A stretch of 64,000 bases of DNA from Marispirochaeta sp. (GTDB lineage Bacteria; Spirochaetota; Spirochaetia; JC444; Marispirochaetaceae), in the NCBI GenBank assembly GCA_963676835.2, contig CAXXFF010000001.1:416001-480000 (forward strand). The letters are read 5' to 3'. Numbering within the stretch: the first letter of the stretch is position 1; each line of letters opens with the position of its first letter. Of this stretch, positions 9,408 through 19,715 are shown in pieces. The translations under genes and the position numbers were made by a program. Below the pieces are notes generated by a model. It did no database searches, was not told the DNA's origin, and worked only from the letters and a program-made list of their open reading frames with translations.

Positions 9408-10244
9408 CTACATTCTGAAGCCCGCATCAATGGCCCAGCGGATATTTCCATAGAGATCGAAAACATCGTTCTGAAATCCCTGCTGTGTTTCGGAGTAGAA
9501 GAAATGAGTTTCCGGAATACAGGAGACACCTGCCCGGAATCCGCCGGTATCGATCAGGTTGACTCCGGCACCGACACCAAGCATCATTCCTCCTACACTG
9601 TCGGAGGTTATAACATCCCCGCCGGCATCCAGGGGGTTCCTGAAAGACCAGTACATATAGATTCCCCCGGCCTGAGCCAGCAGATAGGGGGACATAAACT
9701 GAAAATCCGGCAGCGGATAGTAGCGGCCTTCTATCCCGGCCCGGAGAAACAGCACTCCTTCATCAACGGAATCGTAAATTTCGGAAGACTCCTTGGCGGT
9801 AACCGCTTTAACGCCGGCAAACAGAAGCACCTCGATGTTATCTTCCCTGCCGCCGACCAGTACTTCGCCGTCAAAGAGGGAATCAAAATAGGGAGCACTT
9901 CCCCAGGAGTTGCCTCCCCTGAAAAGAAGGTAGAAATCTCCGTTAAAAGGCTCGGAATAATAGACCGCTTCATCCTGGGGGCTGGTGTTGTCCGGAGTAT
10001 GCCGGTCATCATGGCTGTAACCCCTGTCCGGTTCATCCCGGTCATTGGGAACCCGGCGGCTGCCTTTGTGGTCGTCCTCGGCTTTGTCCATGGCGTCACT
10101 TAAGGAGCCTCGGTTATAGGGGGAGGAGGTTGTACAGGAGAAAAGAACCATCGCGACAATAATGGTGAACATAATAAACTTAGAAAGAATGCGCATACTT
10201 TCAAGTATAGTTTTTGTCAGCAGCTTTTGCATATGCTTTATCAA
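9408..10244 (-). CDS. Hypothetical lipoprotein with C-terminal beta-barrel-like region
   Basis: Lipobox VLFSC (true start probably downstream of 10244), disordered linker, amphipathic beta-strands ending DAGFRM. Confidence 0.6.
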   Translation of the reverse strand: MIKHMQKLLTKTILESMRILSKFIMFTIIVAMVLFSCTTSSPYNRGSLSDAMDKAEDDHKGSRRVPNDRDEPDRGYSHDDRHTPDNTSPQDEAVYYSEPFNGDFYLLFRGGNSWGSAPYFDSLFDGEVLVGGREDNIEVLLFAGVKAVTAKESSEIYDSVDEGVLFLRAGIEGRYYPLPDFQFMSPYLLAQAGGIYMYWSFRNPLDAGGDVITSDSVGGMMLGVGAGVNLIDTGGFRAGVSCIPETHFFYSETQQGFQNDVFDLYGNIRWAIDAGFRM

Positions 10245-10260
10245 TGTTTTTACACTATAA

Positions 10261-10290
10261 TAAAATGAGCCGTCTAGGTTGACGGCTCAT
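10261..10290 (-). terminator. Rho-independent terminator
   Basis: ATGAGCCGTC-N6-GACGGCTCAT hairpin followed by a short T-run on the minus strand, just after the stop at 10308. Confidence 0.75.
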
Positions 10291-10307
10291 GATTTCATTT
10301 TAGTGTA

Positions 10308-12188
10308 TTACTTACCAAGTCCTGTCGTAAACGAACATGCAGGACTTGTGTATGTAAATAACAACCCTGTTGCGACATAGCGCCATGTATATTGGGTATC
10401 AGTCTGTAATGCCGGATCACTTGCTATAAAAGTATACCCTGAAGTGGTCAAACCTGTTTTAACATCTAACCATGTATGTCCGGATAATACCTGCAACGTG
10501 TATGTGGTTCCTTTTGGTGCACCGGTAGGAGTATTCCAGTCAAATGTTGGTCGTGTTGATACAAATTTAGCATTGGGGACCGGCATCACATCGAATTTAA
10601 TTATTTGAGTAGTATAGTCAGACCAATTATTCCGGGCATCGCGCTCACGTACCCTGAGAAAATTGTAACCGTTTGTGATAGTTAAGGCTGTATAACTCAG
10701 TGCAGTTGTTTCACTGCTCCAACCTGTATCATTATAGTTATACTGATAGTACCCAACTCCACCATTTCCACCAGAAGACCATGTCCAAGTAGGTGTAATA
10801 TCGGTTGTAGGTGTTGTCCCTGAAACCGAAGGTGCGGATGGTGGTGTATCGTCAATATACAAGTAATCAGTTTTATAAGCATAATTACCTGCCAGGTCAA
10901 ATACGTAAGCCCGCGCATACTCATATGAATAATTATGAGAGAAAAAATCCACGGTATGCGTAACAGGCGAGCCACTAACAGCAAGCCGATCTACTGATGA
11001 AGAACCGTAATACCAGCCGTTATCACTGTCGTATACATTATATGTAAGGCTTGTAACGGGGGTAAGATTATCAGTCACAGTGAAATTAAACGGTACCGAG
11101 GTATAGTTTATTGTAGAATATGCTTGTTGAAGTGTTACTGTTGGTGCTGTCGTATCCCAAACAAATGTGAATGAGTCACTTGTACTGTTACCCGCTCTAT
11201 CACGCAGTTCCACGTCCACAGTATACGTACCTTCAGTAGTTGATGAGATATAGCTGTAATAAGAATCAGAAGGGGAAAATGACAGTTCGGGGTCAGAAGA
11301 AGACCATTCGTAATATGCGGCACCGGAATAACTGGTTGGTACTATATACTGACTCGAGTTTTTGTATCTTGTCTCCCCTGCTTCCAATTCTGGCGAAACA
11401 GTATCCAAGGTGATTGTCTTTTCTTCTATCTTTGAGTACCCGGTTGAAAAATCAGGAAGCTCCCCTTTGAATACGGCATAAACTGTTTTTACGCCATCTA
11501 CACTTGTCGAGAAATTGAAGTCGCTGAACGGTGTACCTACAGTATGCCATACACCTGCACTTAATGCCTCTATTTCCCCATCATCATCAATAGAGGTGTA
11601 GTCATCGGTGATATAAAAATAATCTGCGTAGTCGTTATAGAAAGCAACCGAAACATCAACATATGATTCATTTGTATATCCGCTGTCAGCAGCTCCTCCG
11701 CTTGTACTACGATCTATAACTTGAATACTTCCAGCTGGTGCTGTACCAGTTTTAAAGTTCCAGATATAAGCTTCCTGCATTTCACTGCCGTCACTCCCCT
11801 GAATTCCAGAAATCTCAATTGAATAATCGTGACTGTTTTCAAAATATGTATCTGGTCCCGGTTCAATCTTTAGTCGTTTAATGGAGGAATTAAACTCTGG
11901 ATTAATGATAGAAACTGAACTTGAATTAGTCAGATCCGTAATTTCAATAGTCTCGGATGTAACAGAACCAAGACTGATATCCCGATCAAAGTTGATATAA
12001 ATTTCACTTCCAGGATTTATGCCTGTACTATTATCTGCTGGACTGACACTCTCAACCACAAGAAACAGATCATTCGCAACCTTAACCTCAGTCCCCACAG
12101 CCTCAACAAAATCAATGGGCTCTTCGCAGGTGGTAAACAGCAAAACAGCGGTAACAAGGGCTGCAAAAACCAGTACTTTCTTCATCAT
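10308..12188 (-). CDS. Ig-like (Big_5/SbsA-type) domain surface lipoprotein, module 1 partner
   Basis: MMKK...LFTTC lipobox; VSPADNSTGI...FDRDI...WNFKT Ig-like domain; PTWTWSSGG repeat. Start set to 12188, 1 nt after the upstream stop, with RBS GAGGAG. Confidence 0.8.
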   Translation of the reverse strand: MMKKVLVFAALVTAVLLFTTCEEPIDFVEAVGTEVKVANDLFLVVESVSPADNSTGINPGSEIYINFDRDISLGSVTSETIEITDLTNSSSVSIINPEFNSSIKRLKIEPGPDTYFENSHDYSIEISGIQGSDGSEMQEAYIWNFKTGTAPAGSIQVIDRSTSGGAADSGYTNESYVDVSVAFYNDYADYFYITDDYTSIDDDGEIEALSAGVWHTVGTPFSDFNFSTSVDGVKTVYAVFKGELPDFSTGYSKIEEKTITLDTVSPELEAGETRYKNSSQYIVPTSYSGAAYYEWSSSDPELSFSPSDSYYSYISSTTEGTYTVDVELRDRAGNSTSDSFTFVWDTTAPTVTLQQAYSTINYTSVPFNFTVTDNLTPVTSLTYNVYDSDNGWYYGSSSVDRLAVSGSPVTHTVDFFSHNYSYEYARAYVFDLAGNYAYKTDYLYIDDTPPSAPSVSGTTPTTDITPTWTWSSGGNGGVGYYQYNYNDTGWSSETTALSYTALTITNGYNFLRVRERDARNNWSDYTTQIIKFDVMPVPNAKFVSTRPTFDWNTPTGAPKGTTYTLQVLSGHTWLDVKTGLTTSGYTFIASDPALQTDTQYTWRYVATGLLFTYTSPACSFTTGLGK

Positions 12189-12189
12189 C

Positions 12190-14253
12190 CTACTCCTCCT
12201 CATCCCAGCTGGAGACTTCCCGCTTTACCGCGTTGGAAGCTCTTCCCACCGATGTATCGGCAGATCCGAGATAGGCAAACTCCGCGGCCAGCGCGGGATC
12301 AGCTGAATTCAGCTTGTTCATAGCTGAATCAGCCTCGTTATATTTTTCAAGTTCATAACTCGCCCGGGCGACACCTAAAAGAGCCTTGGTATTGTTCGGA
12401 CTTGTCCGGCTTGCCCGGCTGTAAGTTTCCAGCGCCTGTACCATGTTCCCCTGCAGATAGTAGATATTTCCAAGGTTAACCATGGCAGGTACATATTCGG
12501 TCTGATTCAGGATTGCCCGAAACTGCTCGGCAGCTTTATCAAGTACCCCAAACTGGGCGTAGAGAATACCCAGCTTGTTGCGGGCATAGACAGTTTTTCC
12601 CGCCATGGCCATCTGGCCCCGCAACTCGCTTACCCTCGGTTCAATCTGACGGTTTATAAAGGTTACCAGTGCCTTGCGGTAGCGTTCCATAAGGCGGTCT
12701 TCACTGGGAAGAACCACCCCGGCGGTGCCTTCTGCAAAGCCGATGGGTTCGTACAGCTCCCAGGCTTCCCGTACCGGATAAAAGCCGTTGGTTCCGGCCT
12801 CTACAGTCTCCCGCCACTCTTTTGCCCCGATCTGCCAGGATTTAAGGAAACCTTCCCGAACCAGGGTTATCTCAACAGGGAGCCAGGTATCATCTTCGGT
12901 GAGAATCAGGTCCCGCTCATCCAGGAAAAGCCTTTTTGCCTGGGCCGGAGCCATACCAAGGGAGAAAGCCATATAGATATGCCCGGGGGCTGTGATAAAG
13001 GCAGTTTTTATACCTACTGCTTCCAGCAGGGAGGCATAAAGTATGGAAAGATCGTCGCAGTCGCCTGCTTTATATGCCACGGTCTGGCTGGGAAACTGCA
13101 GATAATCCAGGGCTTCTTCGTTTTCGGACAAAGAAGCATAGGGGGTTGAGGGATCCTGCACATATCCCATGCCGTATACCGACAGGGCCTCAAATATGCC
13201 CATAGCAATACGGAACTTCTCATTAATGGCGCTGGAGTTGTCGGAACCGATAGTGGCTGCCACATTCTTGGCAAAGCTTAAAATAAGGGGATCCTTGGCG
13301 GTAACAAAGGCCGCTGCCTTACGGTCATCATCCCAGGTCATGGCATTTCGGTTATTTATGGTTACCGTAACCGGCACAGTCTCACTCATCTCCTTGCCGA
13401 TGTAGGAGTATTCGATGGTTATTTCTCCTGCAGCCTTTGTTCCCTCGGTTACACGGAAGATATTCTCTGCAAACAGGGCGTAGACCGGGACATCAATCGC
13501 TTCCCTGCCCCGGAGAACAGGATACTCTGCACAGACCTTGGGCTGATCCATAAACTGCTTTACAAAAAAACTGACCTTTACATCCTTAATGGGGCCGGAC
13601 TCAAGATTGGTCAGGCTAACCTGTCCTGCGGGATGTTTTTCGTAATAGCTGTAGAACAGGGGAAATATGGGCTGCAGTGTCGGCATATACTGAAGTTCCG
13701 CACCTTTGGAGGAGCCGCCGATCTGGTAACGCATTCCAAGGCCGATACTGATGCCCTGAAGAGCCGATTCCGTACTGGTAAGGTAGTCACGATAATCTGC
13801 TTCAAGGCTGAGGCTCAGGCCCGGATTCAGTTTGTAGGCTGCATAGGCTGCTCCGCCGTAGAAGGGATCCCGGATGGAACCTTCATCGATAATGCCCATA
13901 TAGAGCCCGCCGAAGCCTTTCAGGCCCAGATTCAGGCGGGAGAGAGGTGCATACTGAACTCCCAGGCTGGGACCAAGGGCGACAAAGGTTGCAGACCGGT
14001 CCGAGCCGTTGATGGGCATAATAGAAACATCCATCATGAGCCCTGAGGTAAGAAAATCGAGCTTGCCCGGAGTGTAGGAGCCTTCCAGGTTTATGCCCCC
14101 CCCGGTGGAATAGAAAACCGGTCCGCCGTCAACTTCCGGCCCCAGAGGAACCGTAACTGAAGGCCTGGCAGTCAGATGCATGGAGCCGGACTGGGCATAT
14201 ATAGTCAAAGTTAAACAGATTATAATTAGTGCAGAAAGGGCAGTTTTTTTCAT
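12190..14253 (-). CDS. Signal peptide + OM beta-barrel-like + transglutaminase-like + TPR protein (module 1)
   Basis: Amphipathic strands ending GMRYQIG; GDCDDLSILYASLL, PGHIY, WLPVEIT; C-terminal TPRs (NLGNIYY). Confidence 0.78.
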   Translation of the reverse strand: MKKTALSALIIICLTLTIYAQSGSMHLTARPSVTVPLGPEVDGGPVFYSTGGGINLEGSYTPGKLDFLTSGLMMDVSIMPINGSDRSATFVALGPSLGVQYAPLSRLNLGLKGFGGLYMGIIDEGSIRDPFYGGAAYAAYKLNPGLSLSLEADYRDYLTSTESALQGISIGLGMRYQIGGSSKGAELQYMPTLQPIFPLFYSYYEKHPAGQVSLTNLESGPIKDVKVSFFVKQFMDQPKVCAEYPVLRGREAIDVPVYALFAENIFRVTEGTKAAGEITIEYSYIGKEMSETVPVTVTINNRNAMTWDDDRKAAAFVTAKDPLILSFAKNVAATIGSDNSSAINEKFRIAMGIFEALSVYGMGYVQDPSTPYASLSENEEALDYLQFPSQTVAYKAGDCDDLSILYASLLEAVGIKTAFITAPGHIYMAFSLGMAPAQAKRLFLDERDLILTEDDTWLPVEITLVREGFLKSWQIGAKEWRETVEAGTNGFYPVREAWELYEPIGFAEGTAGVVLPSEDRLMERYRKALVTFINRQIEPRVSELRGQMAMAGKTVYARNKLGILYAQFGVLDKAAEQFRAILNQTEYVPAMVNLGNIYYLQGNMVQALETYSRASRTSPNNTKALLGVARASYELEKYNEADSAMNKLNSADPALAAEFAYLGSADTSVGRASNAVKREVSSWDEEE

Positions 14254-14473
14254 GGCAAAAACCTCTTAAGAATACCTCTTAAATATATCACATGCTGAAC
14301 AAAAGCGCAGGTTCTTCGCACACTGCAGGTATTACACTGTTAATGTACCAAAAAACAGTACTCATTACTATGAGAAAGAGGGTCTGCAGGAAAGAAAAGG
14401 TACGGAAACATGTTAAATTTCCGTCTGCCGCAGAAGAAGGCTATCCTTCTCTGCTGCAGACGGAATATGAAAA

Positions 14474-17400
14474 TCAGAAATCATCCATACGGGCTACCAG
14501 GTTAATGAAAAACACCTGGCCGTACTGGTAGGTAGTAGCCGATGTGAATCCACGTCCGGGAACATCATAGTAGCCGAACTGGAGGAACCTTCCCTGACGG
14601 ACCGTCGGAAAGTAGGTTGAATAGTTGTTGTCCGCCGAGTAGACCACGCCGTCGGTTACAGATGTTGGATCAGAGAGGTATACACCATAACGATAAACAT
14701 CCCCGGTGGTAGTATTGAAGATATTACTCAGATTGACGTCACTGTTGTAGAAGTAGGTCTCAAGATAGGTATTCCGCATAGGAGAATACCAGATGCTTTC
14801 CGAGGTGGATGCAGCTCTTGTCTTGATGGATTTGTTGGAACCGATGCCGGCACTCTCTCCCCGTCCAATCTGGGTAGGTGCTGTGCCGGATAGTCCCCAG
14901 CTGCTCCAGTTGATCTCAATCCTGTCCAGGAGAGAGCCGCCGTTGTAGCCCATGGCGATAAGTCCGCGGCCGTTGGCTGCGATATGCCTGGATTTAATAT
15001 CGTAAGTGGTATCACCGTAGGTGAATGTTGAGCCCGGGGTTACGATTACAGGATCACCGTAGATGATATTATTGGTTGAATAGCTTGAGTTGTTGATCAG
15101 ATCCTCAGGCAGCATGGTTACGGTGTAGGTCGGCATGGTTCCCGCCATATTGGCCTGACTCAGGATTCCGCCGGACCAGTAGGTATCTTCCAGAAGTTCC
15201 TTGATGTACTGGGCAATAAGAATATCCTTGGACTCGTTATCGTCATATACAACCGTAACATTTGAGCTGAAGCCCATAACGTTTGTGGCACTGTAGGGTC
15301 CATAACCGCCGGTGTCTGCATTATAGGCCCGGACGAAGAAGTAGCGGATCTCACCTTTGGGAATGGAAACCAGATGATAGCTTGTTGAGGTAGTGTAACC
15401 TTCGTAGGTAACACTGTCGCCGTTATTGGGATCCGCATTCGGGTCTGTGGTGGAATAGGTATAATACCTGGTGGTATTGGCACCTGCATCTTCAGTAACA
15501 TCCGAAGAATAGACCCTGCTGTAACCGCTGGAGTAGTAGCTCTTGTCAGCATACTGGGGTACCGGAACCTGAAGATAGATTGAGTCTGACAGATAGGCGT
15601 AGTTTCCCGCTTCATCATATACCGTTGTATAGGTGTACTTGGTACCAGGGCTTATAGAGAACTGGAAATCAGAGTCCATAAGTGCAGCATAGGTGCGGTA
15701 ATCACTCCAGCCGCCTCCGCCGGTGCTGTAATAGTCGTAGGTACTTACCTGCAGATTTGTGACACTGGTCAGGTTATCACTTACGTTGAGGTTGAGCTTG
15801 TAGGAGAGTGACGGAGTATAGGTTGCGCCGTTATTGACTGAATAGGTTCCTGTTGGTGCAGTTGTATCAAGTATGATTGAATCATTCCGGTAGGACGATC
15901 CGTTCCCTGCTTCATCTACAAGCTGAGCATAGACATACTTGGTTCCGTCACCGTTGTCGTATTTCAGTTCCGTGGAAATAGTCATGGTACCGTCGGTTTC
16001 AAAGGGTGAGCCGTAGGTTTCGTAAGCGGAAGCCGGGTTGTAATCCAGATAGCGCAGGGTTACATCTTCATTCTCGGCACTGATATCTCCGGTAATATCA
16101 ACGTATACGCTTGTGTTATTGGTATGGGAGTTATCTGTATCCAGAGCAAAGTTTGACGGATCCCTTATCAGCACACTGGTAAGAACCGGAGCGATTGTAT
16201 CGACAGTTATACGGTGGCTGGCAGTTGCAGACCAGTTACCAGCCTCATCACGCTCCTGTACTTCAAGCAGATAAGTGCCGTCTGCTTTATATGGTGTATA
16301 ACTTGTTCCGGTGCCGCTGTTCCAGCCTCCTCCGTCGATTCTGTACTGGAAAACTCCGTTTCCGCCGCCGCCGGAAGTCCAGCTCCAGGTTGGATAGTGA
16401 TCGTTGGTTGCGGTTCGATCAGAATCACCCGTGGTATTTCCCTCTCCGGAGAGATCCGGTCTTCCGGGGTCTGTTGTATCGATGGTGATGGTATGAGTTG
16501 CCTGCTTTTCTGTCTGCCAACCAAGGTTGTAGTACTCTTCAATTGTCAGAGAATGTACACCGTCTGAAGTATCGGCAAGGGTGAATACCGTTGGATCTCC
16601 CGGATCATTACTCAGGGAACTGTAAACAGTATCATACCAGGAATCACCGCCATTCCAGGAATAACGATACCTTTCTGCTATTCCGCCGGAGCCGGTGAGC
16701 ACATGCCATGTCATGGTCGCTACTGTCCGCAAAGCGGGATATACATCCCCGATAGAAATTTCAGGCGGAGATGTCTGAGATAAATCGATCAAGGTCTCAG
16801 AAGTCCCTGCAACAGACCAGTTATCGGCGGAATCCAACTCCTGGACCTCAAGCCTGTATGTAATCAGGTTATCGAGAGGATCATCAACTGTGGGTGTAAA
16901 GCTTAAAGAGCTTGTTTCTGTCCAGTCATATGCCGCAACAACCTGATCATCTGTAACATTATAGAGTCTGTACCGGTAGGTTCCGATACCGCCGCCTCCG
17001 CTTGACCAGTACCAGGTTGGCCGTACGTTGGGAGTAACTTCAGGTCCGGATACAGTCGGAGTTCCCGGGAGAGTTACATCACGGTACAGTGTCAGGTTGG
17101 CTTCCGACTGGTTACCGGCAGAATCAGCAACGGTAAGTGTTATTCCGTAGGTACCATCTGTGGTGGCGCTAACACTGGTAACAGGAAGATCTTCATTTGA
17201 GAAGCTTACGTTAGCCGGAGCAGTCCAGGTATAGGTCGCAATTCCCGTACCCCCGGTATCGGTAACAGTGCCATCGGGGCCGGCATCAAAGTCAATAGTT
17301 ATGGAAGGGGCAGCATAGTTGGCTGTGTATCCATAGTTATTCACAGTAATTACCGGTGGAATGGTATCTATGGTAACCGCCACCGGTGTTGCTTCGCTGT

Positions 17401-19705
17401 AGTTATCTGCATAGTCATAGGCTCGCAGATAGAGTGAATGGCTGCCGTCTGCCAGTGCGGTATTGGGCGAGTATTCAGCTACTGTTATGTCCACATATGT
17501 GGAGAAGTTATCAAAACTGACCCGGTAAAAATCGGCCCCGCCGGTTTCATCCCAGCTCCACAAAGGCTGTGCGTCTGTAGAGTAGCCCGGCTGTGACTGT
17601 TCCACCGTAAATCCTGTTATGGCATCCGGCGGGTTCTGATCCAGGGTAACCGACACAAGATCAGTTGCGGAGTTACCCGCCGGATCTGTTGCGGTTACGG
17701 TCAGGTAATAAGTACCTTCCGCGGTCATATAAACCCAGGGCTCTTCTATGGCGGTTCCGTTGTTCTGGGTAGTAGAACCAGAACTGAGGTTGAAGTAAAG
17801 ATCTCCGGGGCCGCTGATAAACGCCCAGCTGTATTCGGCTATACCATTAATCTCGGTAATCTCATAATAGTCTGATCCTGTGCCTCCCTGAAGCATTTGA
17901 AATTCATCGTTTTCCAGAAAATCATCTTCAGCAAAGGCAACTGCAGGATCTATTCTGTCGAGGATAATGGAGTCAGTACCGGGCTGAGCCGCGGCGTTTT
18001 CGAGGTAATCCCGAACCCAGATAGAAATAGTGTATGAATCATCGATATCGGGCAGTTCCCATTCGTCTATAGAGGGAACCCAGTCGATCCAGCCGGTGTC
18101 AGTTGTTCCATCGCTTACCCGCATCTCTTTCAGGCCCGTATGGGTATCTGCAGAAGTAAACTGCAAATTGATTTTCCGGGCGGTATCATTCAGATAATCA
18201 CCTTCAAGTATAGTTACCGTTGGATTGGCCGGAGCTTCACCGTCAAGAAAAACCTTTATCTGGCCTGCAGAAGGAGATTCATTTCCCGCGCTGTCAACAA
18301 ACTTGTAAAGGATAAATTTGGACCCTGCACTGGTTGAAACATTCCAGTCCCGCACAGGATCAGCCCCGGTGGGAAAGGCTTCCCAGGCGGCGTTGGATTC
18401 AAAAGCTTCTTCTGTTCCGTCACTGTCGCCCCAGAATTTCATTCCCCAGACTGTATTGTAGTCATCGGTAATATCAGAAAGATCCAGGCGTATGCGGTAA
18501 TCGTTGGTGGCTACAGCACCGGTGGGCAATGTTGTAACGATAGAGTTGACCGGGTCCCCATCAAGGGTGGACAGGGGAGTCAGGGAAATGGTTCCGGAAG
18601 GAGCTGTTGTATCGGTGGAATCTCCGGTATAAAAGTACCATACAGATTCATCGCCGCCGATGGGATTCCCGGATATATCTTCAACGCTGTTTCCGAGAAC
18701 AACCTTGTACTGGGTATTTGGCTCCAGTTCAAGCCCCCAGAGGTTTGCAGCGGAACCGGGCTTGTCATTAGCTTCGATAAGACTGATTACCCCGGGAATT
18801 TTAGATGAGTCTGATATTCGCTCTGCATAATAGTTGGTGGAATCAAAACTGGTGGAAGCCATCTCATCATCAAAGGTGATGGTCAGGGTTGTGCCGTTAT
18901 AGGGATAGGTATCTGTGTCGTCCCAGTTAACATCAATAACTGCAGGGGGCGTCAAGTCATATATGATTTCCGCAGTTCCCGGATCAGAAATTACTCCGTC
19001 AGAGTCCCGCACTTCGACTACATAGGATGCAGATTCACCGTTGGCAATACCGCTTATATCGAGGTCCTCAACACTTGCAAGCCCGTCGGTAAGGGTAGTC
19101 CACTCCGACCAGTCCACAGCAGCTTCCGCTTTATAGCGGTAATTGAGTCCTGCAGTATAGCTGTCGCTGTCTGTAGCGGAAATATCAAGGTCAACCAGGG
19201 TTGTGTTCGTCGCACTTTGCCCGCCATTCAGGCGTATGTACTTTATTACCGGTTTAATACTCGCAGGAGCCTCTTCCGTGGAAAAAGTCCATGAGTACTG
19301 GTCCACCAGGCTGTTGCCGTCCTCATCATGGATACCGGAGGTTGCGGTTATGGTAAAACTGGTTCCGTAGGCAAGGGCGGAACTGGGGTTAAAGGCAATG
19401 GTATCGTTACTCACTGAGAAACTGCCGGAAACTGTCTCGTCATCGGCGTTTTTTACAATAAAGCTTGAGCCGTTTACACTGGAAGACTTTATCGCTTTGG
19501 TAAAGGAGAGGAGAATATTATCTATGTCCACGGGAATGCTTGTATCACCGTCTTCGGGATACATTGAAACAATCGAAGGCGGTGTTACAACAATTTCCAC
19601 CTCCTCTTCGATTTTATTCACCAGATCATTGGGACATCCCGCAAAGAAGGCAATTACAACAACAGCAGTTAACAGCAGCGGACGATGCAGCATATTCCTT
19701 ACCAT
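14474..19705 (-). CDS. Giant Ig-like repeat surface lipoprotein (~1740 aa), module 2 partner
   Basis: Lipobox FAGC; N-terminal Big_5-like domains; many D..AGN beta-sandwich repeats; PTW.W.SGGGG repeats. Start set to ATG 19705 (RBS GGGAG), 10 nt after the upstream stop. Confidence 0.82.
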   Translation of the reverse strand: MVRNMLHRPLLLTAVVVIAFFAGCPNDLVNKIEEEVEIVVTPPSIVSMYPEDGDTSIPVDIDNILLSFTKAIKSSSVNGSSFIVKNADDETVSGSFSVSNDTIAFNPSSALAYGTSFTITATSGIHDEDGNSLVDQYSWTFSTEEAPASIKPVIKYIRLNGGQSATNTTLVDLDISATDSDSYTAGLNYRYKAEAAVDWSEWTTLTDGLASVEDLDISGIANGESASYVVEVRDSDGVISDPGTAEIIYDLTPPAVIDVNWDDTDTYPYNGTTLTITFDDEMASTSFDSTNYYAERISDSSKIPGVISLIEANDKPGSAANLWGLELEPNTQYKVVLGNSVEDISGNPIGGDESVWYFYTGDSTDTTAPSGTISLTPLSTLDGDPVNSIVTTLPTGAVATNDYRIRLDLSDITDDYNTVWGMKFWGDSDGTEEAFESNAAWEAFPTGADPVRDWNVSTSAGSKFILYKFVDSAGNESPSAGQIKVFLDGEAPANPTVTILEGDYLNDTARKINLQFTSADTHTGLKEMRVSDGTTDTGWIDWVPSIDEWELPDIDDSYTISIWVRDYLENAAAQPGTDSIILDRIDPAVAFAEDDFLENDEFQMLQGGTGSDYYEITEINGIAEYSWAFISGPGDLYFNLSSGSTTQNNGTAIEEPWVYMTAEGTYYLTVTATDPAGNSATDLVSVTLDQNPPDAITGFTVEQSQPGYSTDAQPLWSWDETGGADFYRVSFDNFSTYVDITVAEYSPNTALADGSHSLYLRAYDYADNYSEATPVAVTIDTIPPVITVNNYGYTANYAAPSITIDFDAGPDGTVTDTGGTGIATYTWTAPANVSFSNEDLPVTSVSATTDGTYGITLTVADSAGNQSEANLTLYRDVTLPGTPTVSGPEVTPNVRPTWYWSSGGGGIGTYRYRLYNVTDDQVVAAYDWTETSSLSFTPTVDDPLDNLITYRLEVQELDSADNWSVAGTSETLIDLSQTSPPEISIGDVYPALRTVATMTWHVLTGSGGIAERYRYSWNGGDSWYDTVYSSLSNDPGDPTVFTLADTSDGVHSLTIEEYYNLGWQTEKQATHTITIDTTDPGRPDLSGEGNTTGDSDRTATNDHYPTWSWTSGGGGNGVFQYRIDGGGWNSGTGTSYTPYKADGTYLLEVQERDEAGNWSATASHRITVDTIAPVLTSVLIRDPSNFALDTDNSHTNNTSVYVDITGDISAENEDVTLRYLDYNPASAYETYGSPFETDGTMTISTELKYDNGDGTKYVYAQLVDEAGNGSSYRNDSIILDTTAPTGTYSVNNGATYTPSLSYKLNLNVSDNLTSVTNLQVSTYDYYSTGGGGWSDYRTYAALMDSDFQFSISPGTKYTYTTVYDEAGNYAYLSDSIYLQVPVPQYADKSYYSSGYSRVYSSDVTEDAGANTTRYYTYSTTDPNADPNNGDSVTYEGYTTSTSYHLVSIPKGEIRYFFVRAYNADTGGYGPYSATNVMGFSSNVTVVYDDNESKDILIAQYIKELLEDTYWSGGILSQANMAGTMPTYTVTMLPEDLINNSSYSTNNIIYGDPVIVTPGSTFTYGDTTYDIKSRHIAANGRGLIAMGYNGGSLLDRIEINWSSWGLSGTAPTQIGRGESAGIGSNKSIKTRAASTSESIWYSPMRNTYLETYFYNSDVNLSNIFNTTTGDVYRYGVYLSDPTSVTDGVVYSADNNYSTYFPTVRQGRFLQFGYYDVPGRGFTSATTYQYGQVFFINLVARMDDF

Positions 19706-19715
19706 CTCTTTCTCC

